Below are positions 49,005-58,264 of a stretch of DNA of 64,000 nt, piece by piece. Numbering within the stretch: the stretch's first letter is position 1; each line of letters starts with the position of its first letter. A model generated the notes under the pieces. The model was not told the DNA's origin. It did no database searches and worked only from the letters and a program-made list of their open reading frames with translations. Both the position numbers and the translations under genes were made by a program. Source of the DNA: a bacterium (GTDB lineage: Bacteria; Patescibacteriota; Patescibacteriia; UBA10025); the NCBI GenBank assembly GCA_021815445.1, contig JAKAGM010000001.1, positions 787,710 to 851,709 on the forward strand. The letters are read 5' to 3'.

Positions 49005-49214
49005 CTTCAATCTCACCATCCTGAGGAGGCCGTGTCTCCTGTCGCGACCAACGAAGGATCCCGACCCGCAGTCGCCAGGCGAATCAACCTCTTCCTGCGC
49101 GGCGTATGTTTGAGCCCCGCACCATCTGATGGTGTGGGGTGAGTTTGCGCCGCGACGTCCTTTTCCCGCCACCTTTATGTCAAACCATGGGGGCGGATCC
49201 CGCCTATACGGCGG

Positions 49215-49275
49215 TGACTTTTCTCTCCACTTTTCTTTGGACGAGCAAAGAAAAGTGGAGCCCCTCCGGAGGGCA
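49215..49275 (+). repeat. Structured repeat element, copy 2 (14-bp perfect hairpin ctccacttttcttt/aaagaaaagtggag plus GC hairpin)
   Basis: cttttctctccacttttctttggacgagcaaagaaaagtggagcccctccggagggc. Confidence 0.55.
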
Positions 49276-49403
49276 ACTGATGTGATCATCCCCTATTTTT
49301 TCGTTAGTTACGCTTGACCAAACTAATGTAATACCCTAAGGTAATAAGCCAAACAAAGGAAATTGGACTTTTTACAACTCGAGACATATAGGGAGAATCG
49401 AAC

Positions 49404-50264
49404 ATGCGAGAAAACATCTTTACTGGCCAATTGCCAAGCGGAGAAGTACCCACAGTGATGCTCAACCGACATGAGGGAACCATACGCCAGGTTGATACAT
49501 TGGCTATTACAATGGTAGCGGTATACCTTGCCCAGATGATTCACGGTTGGCGGACGGCATGGGGCGACAACATCCACAGAGCTCTTGATTTCATTCAGAG
49601 CCGGGCCTACCTCAGCAAGATCGAAGACTTCCCGGCGTTCCACTTTAACGCTTACTACCCACCTGATTGGGAAGATACAAGTTTCGCCATCTTTCTGCTG
49701 GCGCGGAATGGACGTTTGGATACCGGACGGCTAGCGAACCTACGAGATTTGCTGCACCTCAACACTACGGAGGACGGGACTGGAATTTGGCTCAAGGATT
49801 CCTACTCAACTGGTAACGCCCAAAGCAACCACTGGGATCCAACCAGCTCTATCAACATTCTTAGGCTCCATTACCTTCTCGAGACTGATCCACGGTCAAG
49901 ACGGGCGACCGAGAAATTTGTCACAAGACACCTGAACCTCGGTGCATTCGACTCCGCGACCCTGTACTACACCCCTCCGATTGCCGCTTTCTTTGCCAGC
50001 AGGTTACTGACTGACTTTCCAGAAGTGACGGGAGAAATCCACTACGCGCTGTCGAGTTTCGTCGCGGATGTCAGGGAAGCAGTCGTGCGGGGATATCTGA
50101 CTGCCACGCTGTTTGAAAGGGCGCTGCTCGGCTATCCCGATCCATCAGACGATGATGGACTGATTTTCCACCATGGAAAGCGGACGGTGATTTGGTATGG
50201 CAGTCCTGTCCTCCACCAGTTAGCTTGTATGGCCTCTTACACGGCACCTTTGTCTACAAATTGA
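49404..50264 (+). CDS. Hypothetical protein (possible alpha/alpha-toroid or prenyltransferase-like repeats, low confidence)
   Basis: 286-aa ORF. The start is uncertain. Confidence 0.35.
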   Translation: MRENIFTGQLPSGEVPTVMLNRHEGTIRQVDTLAITMVAVYLAQMIHGWRTAWGDNIHRALDFIQSRAYLSKIEDFPAFHFNAYYPPDWEDTSFAIFLLARNGRLDTGRLANLRDLLHLNTTEDGTGIWLKDSYSTGNAQSNHWDPTSSINILRLHYLLETDPRSRRATEKFVTRHLNLGAFDSATLYYTPPIAAFFASRLLTDFPEVTGEIHYALSSFVADVREAVVRGYLTATLFERALLGYPDPSDDDGLIFHHGKRTVIWYGSPVLHQLACMASYTAPLSTN

Positions 50265-50326
50265 CAGATGCCGTTTTTTCTTAATCAAATAGATCAGCAA
50301 GATGACAATCCGCTGTTTTTGCGTTA

Positions 50327-51853
50327 GTGTACAGGTATATGGATGTTAAAAAGCTCAACAAACTCTCCGCTCGTGTAAAGCGGAAAAAAGATTTTTCGTT
50401 TATCTCCGCCCTACAAAAAAGCTCTCCCAAGGCGGAAATTTTTCTCGTGGGCGGTATTATTCGCGACACGCTTCTCGGACGGGAATCAAAGGACTATGAT
50501 TTTGTGGTTCGGAATGTCCCCTTGCGAACGCTTCAACAGACGCTGAAAAAGCTGGGAACGGTGAATCTCGTCGGACGCACGTTCGGCGTCCTGAAGTTTC
50601 TGCCGAAACATGCGACGCTCGATGAACATATTGACATTGCGCTCCCCCGGACTGACTTTGCCTTCGGGAGCGGCGGGTATAAGGATGTCAAAACGCAGTC
50701 CAACCCGAAACTGGCAATTACCGATGACCTGTCACGAAGAGATTTCACCGTTAATGCAATGGCCTGGAACATGTCTCAGAAACTCTTAATAGACCCTCAT
50801 GGCGGGATGCGGGACCTGGAGCGGAAGGTAATCCGGACTGTCGGCGATCCTATAGAGCGATTCCACGAGGATTTCACGCGTATATTGAGATGCATACGGT
50901 TTTCTTGCCAGCTGGGATTTGAAATATATCCCAAAGTACTGCGCGCGGTTGCCAAGCTTGCCCGCCACCTGAAGGAACAGAGGGACGGTGTATTCATCGT
51001 ACCGCGAGAGATGGTCGCGCACGAACTGATAAAAGCTTTTGTAGCAGATCCTGTCCGAGCGCTCGATGTATGCGATGAAACTGGTATTGTTAACATTTTG
51101 ATGCCTGAACTGCTTACGATGAAAGGATGCCAGCAACCGAAAAACTTTCACCAGGAGGGGGATGTGTGGACACATACGCGTCTGGCGCTGTATATACTCA
51201 TGTCACCGCAGTACGTGAAGCAATTCGGCAAGGAGCACATAAACGCCGAAATTGTATTTGCCACTCTTTTTCATGACCTCGGCAAACCGTATACCATCCA
51301 GACGCCAAAAAAAGACCATACGGACAGGATACGGTTTAACAACCACGACGTGGTAGGCGCGGAAAAGGCCCTCGACATCATGAAACGCCTATCGTTTTCA
51401 GTCTTTCCTAAAACCAATGAGCGCCTGCACGTGGACCCTGACAACGTGGCGTGGATTGTCCGGCACCATCTCGTGGGATACCGCAATGATATCGATGCCA
51501 TGCGCGAGACGACGGTGGAAAAGTATTTCATCAGCGATCGCTTCCCTTCCCAAAGTCTGATTAAAGTGCAATACGCCGATACAGCCGCGACAATCCATGA
51601 CGACCGGAAAGTGGATTTTTCCAGCTTTCGGAAAATTCTCCGGCGGGTATCCGCGATAAAACGGAAAAGCGGAAATAAGAAATCAGCTCCCCCTCCCCTT
51701 GTCGACGGAAACGACGTGATGCAAGCTTTAAAAATACCCTCCGGTAAAGCCGTCGGGGAGTATCTCGAGAAAGTTCGCGAGGCGCAACTTGGCGGCAAGG
51801 TGAATACAAAGGCTCTCGCGCTGAGATGGCTTAAGAAATCTGCGCGCATATGA
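50327..51853 (+). CDS. cca: CCA-adding enzyme / tRNA nucleotidyltransferase (Pol-beta head plus HD domain)
   Basis: FLVGGIIRDTLLGRESKDYDFVV... nucleotidyltransferase head; HD motif FHDLGK. Confidence 0.8.
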   Translation: MYRYMDVKKLNKLSARVKRKKDFSFISALQKSSPKAEIFLVGGIIRDTLLGRESKDYDFVVRNVPLRTLQQTLKKLGTVNLVGRTFGVLKFLPKHATLDEHIDIALPRTDFAFGSGGYKDVKTQSNPKLAITDDLSRRDFTVNAMAWNMSQKLLIDPHGGMRDLERKVIRTVGDPIERFHEDFTRILRCIRFSCQLGFEIYPKVLRAVAKLARHLKEQRDGVFIVPREMVAHELIKAFVADPVRALDVCDETGIVNILMPELLTMKGCQQPKNFHQEGDVWTHTRLALYILMSPQYVKQFGKEHINAEIVFATLFHDLGKPYTIQTPKKDHTDRIRFNNHDVVGAEKALDIMKRLSFSVFPKTNERLHVDPDNVAWIVRHHLVGYRNDIDAMRETTVEKYFISDRFPSQSLIKVQYADTAATIHDDRKVDFSSFRKILRRVSAIKRKSGNKKSAPPPLVDGNDVMQALKIPSGKAVGEYLEKVREAQLGGKVNTKALALRWLKKSARI

Positions 51854-52806
51854 ATACAGAACCTCTAACCATAGACAGCCAAAAAGCCGGCCTCAGATTG
51901 GATCATTTTTTAGTCCAGCAGTTGCCTCATATCTCGCGCTCCCGGCTACAAAAGTTTATCAAGGAGCAGAAAGTTACGGTTAACGGCAACCATCCTTCCG
52001 TACATCAGTTTCTCAAAGAGGGAGATATAGTTGCATTGGCATTCGAACCGTCGGAAACCAACGAGAGAGAGAAAGTGGGGAATACTCGTAATTGGAAAAT
52101 AGATATTATCGCCGAGAAACCTGATTATCTCATAGTCAACAAGCCCGCGGGAATCCTCGTGCATCCGGCCGAATCAGCCCGTGAGTACACGCTTGTCGAT
52201 TATATCCTCGAGCACTATCCCGAAATCAAAGGTGTGGGCGAAGATCCGTTGCGGCCCGGCATCGTCCACAGGCTCGATCGCGACGTCTCCGGAGTAATGG
52301 TCATCGCGCGCACCTGGAATATGTACGAGCATTTGCGGACGCTGTTTCGAGACAGAAAAGTGACCAAAGAATACGAGGCACTGGTCCACGGCAGTCCCTC
52401 TGCGGCCGAAGGCGACATTAGCTTTTCTATCGGCAGGTCGAAGCAAGGCGACGGCAAGATGTCGGCGAAACCTGACGAATCAGGCAAAGCGGCCCATACA
52501 CGCTTTATCGTCCTCGAGTCGTTCCGTAATTACGCGCTGCTTCGTGTGATGCCCCAAACCGGCAGGATGCATCAAATCAGGGTCCACCTGCGCGCGTATG
52601 GTTTGCCGATTGTCGGCGACGCGCTTTATCATGCCCGCCAGCGAAAAAATGATCTTGGCGCGGCAAGACCGCTTCTCTCCGCGGTGAAACTGTCGTTTGC
52701 GGATCTCACGGGTGCAGTGCAGACTTATTCGGCTCCAAGGCCTGAAGATTTCGACCACATCCTTGAAAGCTTACGAAACTCGAACACAGTGAAAAAGAAG
52801 ATATAA
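51850..52806 (+). CDS. RluA-family 23S rRNA pseudouridine synthase (S4 domain plus catalytic HRLD..SG)
   Basis: HRLDRDVSGVMV catalytic Asp motif. The ATG overlaps the cca stop. Confidence 0.85.
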   Translation: MNTEPLTIDSQKAGLRLDHFLVQQLPHISRSRLQKFIKEQKVTVNGNHPSVHQFLKEGDIVALAFEPSETNEREKVGNTRNWKIDIIAEKPDYLIVNKPAGILVHPAESAREYTLVDYILEHYPEIKGVGEDPLRPGIVHRLDRDVSGVMVIARTWNMYEHLRTLFRDRKVTKEYEALVHGSPSAAEGDISFSIGRSKQGDGKMSAKPDESGKAAHTRFIVLESFRNYALLRVMPQTGRMHQIRVHLRAYGLPIVGDALYHARQRKNDLGAARPLLSAVKLSFADLTGAVQTYSAPRPEDFDHILESLRNSNTVKKKI

Positions 52807-52919
52807 AGGGGTCGACCCCGTTAGAAAAAGTTGAGAAGACTGCCATGATAATCAAGGTTTTTTGACAGTCCGATACAATTTGATACCCTGGTCAATGTTT
52901 GGTACATCTTCTAACGGGG

Positions 52920-52947
52920 TTGACAGCCGCAGTTTTTTCGCTATACT
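52920..52947 (+). promoter_or_regulatory. Candidate promoter for rplS
   Basis: TTGACA, a 16-nt spacer, then TATACT. A long-range inverted repeat (52814..52826 and 52910..52922) spans the leader. Confidence 0.4.
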
Positions 52948-52983
52948 TGAGAAAGTCTTATTTTTTCTACGTACGTTAGTGCT

Positions 52984-53358
52984 ATGTCTGATGATAAAAA
53001 GGGCGCAAAACAGCCTTCACCGACTGCTCAGGATGGGAAAAAAGAGTCTGCCCGGGAACCGCTTCCTGAGTTCAGGCCGGGCATGACAATCCGTGTCCAC
53101 CAAAGAATCCTCGGCGGTGAAAAGGAACGTACCCAAATATTCGAGGGTATGGTCATCGCGCGGCGCAGAGGAACTTCACAGGGAGCCACGTTTACCGTCA
53201 GGAAAATATCCGACGGTATAGGTGTTGAACGCATCTTTCCCTTGCACTCCCCGATCATTAAAAAGATTGAGCTGGTCAAAAACGTCAAGATCCGCCGCGC
53301 CAAACTTTACTACCTGAAGGACTACAAGAAACGGCTTAAGGAAGTGCCGATCAAGTAG
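52984..53358 (+). CDS. rplS: 50S ribosomal protein L19 (with N-terminal extension)
   Basis: [60 protein letters not shown]. Confidence 0.9.
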   Translation: MSDDKKGAKQPSPTAQDGKKESAREPLPEFRPGMTIRVHQRILGGEKERTQIFEGMVIARRRGTSQGATFTVRKISDGIGVERIFPLHSPIIKKIELVKNVKIRRAKLYYLKDYKKRLKEVPIK

Positions 53359-53517
53359 CCGTCGGTCGAATACTTTTTTCCCTCTCCAGTACAGTTCCTC
53401 CCTGGAAGCTGCGTTTTTCTTGTCATTGCGGAGGTCGATGCAAATGGTCAAACCAAGCCCTTTTCACCTTGAAAATTAATAACGTTTTGGCTATACTAGG
53501 ATGTACTTTGGAGTCAT

Positions 53518-53601
53518 GCGCGGGTGGCGTAATTGGTAAACGCGCTAGCTTGAGGGGCTAGTGGCCGTAAGGCCGTGGAGGTTCGAGTCCTCTTCCGCGC
53601 A
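53518..53601 (+). tRNA. tRNA-Leu(GAG), long variable arm, no CCA
   Basis: GCGCGGGTGGCGTAATTGGTAAACGCGCTAGCTTGAGGGGCTAGTGGCCGTAAGGCCGTGGAGGTTCGAGTCCTCTTCCGCGCA. Confidence 0.8.
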
Positions 53602-53860
53602 GATAGAATTCACCAAGGTACGCTAAAAGTGCAGGAATCCCACCGAGAGCACCAAGGGCAACTAATCCCGTTCCGCTATACGGAACGAGGATCTACGATC
53701 ACCGAAGGCGATTGGGACTCAGGTGGGTTCGAGCGGTATCCGCCTTTGCGGATAACGAGCAAACTGCTTTGCTTGCGACCGCGAGAACGGGCGGGCGATG
53801 TGAGCGCGAGCGAACCTGCTCGCCCAGGATAGAGCGTCTCGTTTACACCATAATCGATGA

Positions 53861-53934
53861 GGACGATTAGCTCAGTTGGTTAGAGCGTCTCGTTTACACC
53901 GAGAAGGTCGTAGGTTCGAGTCCTACATCGTCCA
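53861..53934 (+). tRNA. tRNA-Val(UAC), no CCA
   Basis: GGACGATTAGCTCAGTTGGTTAGAGCGTCTCGTTTACACCGAGAAGGTCGTAGGTTCGAGTCCTACATCGTCCA. Confidence 0.85.
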
Positions 53935-53955
53935 TGTAAATCAATTCTTATACGT

Positions 53956-54210
53956 ATGAGATATTTTCTCGGCATCATATTTATCGGCATCGGTTTCCTC
54001 ATTGTATGGAAATCCGACTGGTTCATGGAGAATTTCGGAAGGATAGAATTCGCAGAAAAATACCTCGGCTCAGGCTGGGGCGGTACGCGTGTTTTTTACA
54101 AACTCTTAGGCATCCTGATCATCATTATTGCCTTTATGTACATGAGCGGCTTGCTTCAGTCCATCCTTGGCAGTATTTTCAGCCCTACCCGCAAGGTACT
54201 TTCACAGTAA
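53956..54210 (+). CDS. Small two-TM membrane protein (hypothetical)
   Basis: 84 aa, hydrophobic. Sits between tRNA genes. Confidence 0.35.
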   Translation: MRYFLGIIFIGIGFLIVWKSDWFMENFGRIEFAEKYLGSGWGGTRVFYKLLGILIIIIAFMYMSGLLQSILGSIFSPTRKVLSQ

Positions 54211-54407
54211 AACCAAGGGCCCTTAGCTTCCGCCAGCGGCGGACCCGCCTTTGACGGGCATTTGGGTCGAGTCAACAAGCGAACAGAACTGCTTCTGTTC
54301 GCGCGGGACGAGACGGGCTAAGCGATGTCTGGCGCAGCCAGACAGCGAAGCCCCGAAAGAGCGCCGCGTTTGTACCTTTGAATACGAATAGAATTGAATC
54401 CCTTTAT

Positions 54408-54483
54408 GGGCCCTTAGCTCATTTGGTAGAGCGCCGCGTTTGCAACGCGGAGGTGACCGGTTCGAGCCCGGTAGGGTCCACCA
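54408..54483 (+). tRNA. tRNA-Ala(UGC) with CCA
   Basis: GGGCCCTTAGCTCATTTGGTAGAGCGCCGCGTTTGCAACGCGGAGGTGACCGGTTCGAGCCCGGTAGGGTCCACCA. Confidence 0.9.
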
Positions 54484-54495
54484 TATTTCTAGGCT

Positions 54496-55287
54496 ATGCC
54501 GAATAAAAAACTTATAACAACACTAACCGCAGTTGTGGTTGTGGCACTTTTGGTACTTGCTGCCTTTTTTTTATTTCGCTCTACACCTTCAAATATGACG
54601 AATGTAAACCAGACGACAGGTCAAAATACTAATCAGCAACTCAATAGCAATATAACAACCGCCGATTTCAACACAAACTCAGCCCCGGTAATTTCGAATA
54701 CCAACGCACCACCACTCAACATCAACACAATACCCGTGAATACCGCCGCACCAGCATTACTCGCATACCCGATCGACAAATTCCAACAACGGGCCACCGC
54801 AAACTTTTTCGGCACTTACTACCCCGTGGGAGGCCACGACCATCCCGACCTTAAAGTGTGCCCTACCGCAAAATACTATTCCGGCTACCACACCGGCATG
54901 GACTTGGAAACGTTTTCTACTGAATTAAATACTTCCGTGCCTGTGTTTGCCATCGCCGACGGCATAGTCCGGCAGGCAGGCCCGGTGACCGGCTATGGGA
55001 CTCTGGTGGTAATCGGATTCAGCCTCAAGGGCGATGACTATACCACCTACTACGGGCATATCAACGGCAGCACGGTCACTGTGAAAGCCGGCGATGCAGT
55101 TACTCAAGGTGAAAAAATCGCCGAGCTTGGCCCGGCCTGTTCGTCGGCAAACGGCGACGTCAGGAAACATCTACATTTCGGCTTACATAAGGGCGCCGGC
55201 ATCGACGTGCGCGGGTATGTGCCAGATAAAACTACCCTGGACAACTGGGTAGACTCCGCAACGTTCTTTAGTGCTAACGGGCTATAG
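54496..55287 (+). CDS. M23-family (LytM-type) metallopeptidase with N-terminal TM anchor and N/T-rich linker
   Basis: HTGMD, YGHI...G..V..G..I, HLHFG. Confidence 0.8.
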   Translation: MPNKKLITTLTAVVVVALLVLAAFFLFRSTPSNMTNVNQTTGQNTNQQLNSNITTADFNTNSAPVISNTNAPPLNINTIPVNTAAPALLAYPIDKFQQRATANFFGTYYPVGGHDHPDLKVCPTAKYYSGYHTGMDLETFSTELNTSVPVFAIADGIVRQAGPVTGYGTLVVIGFSLKGDDYTTYYGHINGSTVTVKAGDAVTQGEKIAELGPACSSANGDVRKHLHFGLHKGAGIDVRGYVPDKTTLDNWVDSATFFSANGL

Positions 55288-55449
55288 CAGAACCCGCCTG
55301 GAGGACACCACATTTACTATTCCCTCCCTGCTTAAGTGCTCAAATAACCAAGGGCCTACCGAGGAAAAGCTATTGCACATTTGGATGGTTTTTGGTAAGG
55401 TCTGCACGAGAACATTGAATATAAAAGACAGAACAGAAACGAGGCCTCA

Positions 55450-55968
55450 ATGCTTATCCTGGAATCTCTGTGGTTTTTGTTGCCGCTCATCATGGCAAAT
55501 CAGTGTCCGGGATTTGCGGCCAAGCTCGCTCTTCCCGGATCCCATACACCTGTATCCCGGAAATGGCTCGGGAAAAACAAAACAATTGCAGCATACTATG
55601 CTGCACCCTTCGGCGCACTCTGCACGCTCTACGTGCAACGGTGGATACCACTGTGGTCCGCAAAATTCGGGCTCTTCTACTATGACCGCCCCGACCTATG
55701 GATCATCGGAATCGTCCTGGGGGTAGCCGTCGTGATCGGAGATCATGCAAAGTCTTTCATCAAGCGGCGTATCGGCAAACCCCCGGGAGCCCGATGGTGG
55801 CCCTTCGATCAGCTCGATTTCGTTGTGGCGGGGATTATCCTAAGCATTCCGCTGGTAGGATGGATCGGTTGGCAGAGAGCGCTCACGATGTGCTTGTGCG
55901 TTCTGCTCGTTCATCCGATTGGAAACCGGATTGGCTACCGCATCGGAATCCGCAAGTCCCCTTGGTAG
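55450..55968 (+). CDS. CarS-like CTP-transferase membrane protein (DUF46, CDP-archaeol synthase-like)
   Basis: GDHAKSFIKRRIGKPPG...FDQLD fits the CTP-transferase/DUF46 pattern. 172 aa, 4-5 TM. Confidence 0.5.
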   Translation: MLILESLWFLLPLIMANQCPGFAAKLALPGSHTPVSRKWLGKNKTIAAYYAAPFGALCTLYVQRWIPLWSAKFGLFYYDRPDLWIIGIVLGVAVVIGDHAKSFIKRRIGKPPGARWWPFDQLDFVVAGIILSIPLVGWIGWQRALTMCLCVLLVHPIGNRIGYRIGIRKSPW

Positions 55969-56009
55969 TCAAAAAAACTCTGGCTGATGTCCCCGCATCA
56001 GCTTTTTTC

Positions 56010-58040
56010 TTAACTGCTCAGGCTTATTGATTTGAGAAGTATTCTTCCTGATTGAGCGGGCAGGACTCCGATCTGTTCCGTGGCATCCCCGAGCGACCAG
56101 TTGAGATACTGGCAAAGAGGAATTCGGACAGTAACATCGGTTCCATCCCCATAGGTATATTTGAGGTTATTGTTCCCCGAGATTGCATTTGCTTTGCCCC
56201 AGTAAAGCGAAACCTGCCGCTGGCCGAAATCGTGAGCAGTATCAACAAAAGAGAATTGAATATCCATATACCTGTAGCTGCCGTTAAAGACTGCAGGGAA
56301 CACCGGACTTTTGAGGAGATTTTTCGTAGCCACGGGAATATCGACAGTCACGCCGTCCTTCACCTGCGTATGTATGAGATTGCCGAACTGCCATGATGCG
56401 ACAGTTGCCGGGTCGCTGAAGTTCCAGGTGAGTGTTGGCGCCGTACTCCCCTGGGCCTGCTTCAATTTGTCTATAGTCGCGGCATCTTGTTCGACGAAAC
56501 GCTTTTGTGTGTTATCCCAGGTGATGATAGCCAAGCGATTGTCGGCATCCACCCGGCATAGCGGCGAATCAGGATACGCCACGGGACCGACAAGGTATGT
56601 ATGCAGCGCTTTATTGTTCGTTATTTCATACACCATACCTTGGACGATGTGGTTGCCGAACATTGTATAGGCGCCATACGTCAGGCCTGACAAACGCTTA
56701 ACGAAAAGGTCTGTCGGGTTATTCCGGAGCAGATCAGCGTGCTGGGCCTGGAATGTCGCGTGGACTTGTCCGACTTCATTCGAAGCCAAACTCCAAGGAA
56801 CCGCATTCAGTTTCCACAGGACAGCAAAAAGGAGAAATACCATCACAAAACCCACTTTACGGATAACTGAAAGTTTTTTCTTCTCGCTTTCTGTAGCCCA
56901 AAAGATGAATGTAATGAGTACAGCGTAGCCTATTGAGCTGAGAAAAAAGAGTCGTGATGCGGAAAGCTGTGCCGGGCTGATGGCGCCGCTCAGGCCATAA
57001 ACGGGAATGAATGCTACCAGCGACCAGCCAAGCGCGAAAAGGAGGATAGTCTTTCTAAGGGGATTTTTTGCGAGGAAAAAATAAACGATGAGCGCTACTA
57101 GCGCTGCAGCCGCGGCATATTGCCAATTGGCGAATACTTTTTGCACAAAAGAATACAGTGCTGCCACGAAACTCCCTTTCCCGAACCGTGCTATCGCGTA
57201 GTCCCAATTCACGAGATACAGAATGGAGGTAAACGGCTTGGCAATGTTGGAGAGAGTAAAGTGCACTCCCGCCTCTTCCCCGCCGACTAAGTACCCGCCT
57301 ATAGCGCTATGGAGGACGCGGCTCCGGGCCAAGAGCACGCCGCCAAGCATGGCTATCCAGGGAATAAGTAAAAGCGCTTTTTTGATAAATGTTTTGAGCG
57401 GGCGCAAAGGAATACAGACACATAGGGCGCCAAATAGAAAGACTGGAGTAAATAGCCCCGTTTCTTTACTGAGCATTGCAGCGATGCTAAAAACCAAACT
57501 TATCACGTACCAAAGAACCCGATTTGACCGTAGATATGTGGCGAATGAAGCTACGGCAAGAATGAGAAAAGTTGTTGCGTACAGGTCGGGGCGGCCGGCA
57601 ATCCAAGTCACCACTTCGTGTTGAGAAGGATACACGGCAAAAAGTGCCGCAGCGGCAAACGCAAGCGAGCGATTGCGGAAAAGTTGCCACATCATCCAGG
57701 CAACTCCGAGGATGAGAACATAGTGGAAAAGGAACTGGTGGACATGATAACCAACCGGCGAGTATCCCGAGAGTGCGTAGTCAATCTGGAAACTCCACGC
57801 GATAAGCGGGCGGTAGAAACGTCCCCCATTTTGGGTTTGGAACACCTCAAACCATTGTCCATTCTCTATGTGCGTCCGCGCAGTCCCGATCCAATCATAG
57901 TCGTCAGATAAAAATCGGTTATGAAGATGCGGGCCCTGAAGGATGAGGACAAGGGCGAGCATGGCAACGCAAAAAACTATCCAGCGCATCTGTGGAGAGG
58001 TCTGGGCAAACATTGTGGTTATACGTTGCCGTTGCATCAT
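56010..58040 (-). CDS. GT-C fold membrane glycosyltransferase (PMT/ArnT-like)
   Basis: 10+ TM N-terminal region with the first-loop acidic motif FLSDDYDW. Large C-terminal soluble domain. Confidence 0.55.
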   Translation of the reverse strand: MMQRQRITTMFAQTSPQMRWIVFCVAMLALVLILQGPHLHNRFLSDDYDWIGTARTHIENGQWFEVFQTQNGGRFYRPLIAWSFQIDYALSGYSPVGYHVHQFLFHYVLILGVAWMMWQLFRNRSLAFAAAALFAVYPSQHEVVTWIAGRPDLYATTFLILAVASFATYLRSNRVLWYVISLVFSIAAMLSKETGLFTPVFLFGALCVCIPLRPLKTFIKKALLLIPWIAMLGGVLLARSRVLHSAIGGYLVGGEEAGVHFTLSNIAKPFTSILYLVNWDYAIARFGKGSFVAALYSFVQKVFANWQYAAAAALVALIVYFFLAKNPLRKTILLFALGWSLVAFIPVYGLSGAISPAQLSASRLFFLSSIGYAVLITFIFWATESEKKKLSVIRKVGFVMVFLLFAVLWKLNAVPWSLASNEVGQVHATFQAQHADLLRNNPTDLFVKRLSGLTYGAYTMFGNHIVQGMVYEITNNKALHTYLVGPVAYPDSPLCRVDADNRLAIITWDNTQKRFVEQDAATIDKLKQAQGSTAPTLTWNFSDPATVASWQFGNLIHTQVKDGVTVDIPVATKNLLKSPVFPAVFNGSYRYMDIQFSFVDTAHDFGQRQVSLYWGKANAISGNNNLKYTYGDGTDVTVRIPLCQYLNWSLGDATEQIGVLPAQSGRILLKSISLSS

Positions 58041-58264
58041 ACTGATCGCGACAAGGTAAAGTCAGGAAAAGTCAGAAAATTCCCACAAAAAACTTTGGCG
58101 CAGAAGTGTGTCCTCCATGGAAATTCCCTCCCAGAATACACTGTGAAACTCACGGTGTCAATTTCAAAACAGGGCAGTCAAAGTTACGTGCTGCACGCAG
58201 AGATCTGTATCTTATTGCGAAAAAACACCTGCGAGACGAATATTTGCTGAGTTTTTGGGATGCG

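Noticed and set aside
52807-52983. L19 leader riboswitch-like structure upstream of rplS
   Set aside because: A long-range inverted repeat (52814..52826 and 52910..52922) exists but overlaps the predicted -35 box. There is no clear match to the Firmicutes L19 leader. Treated as a promoter region only.
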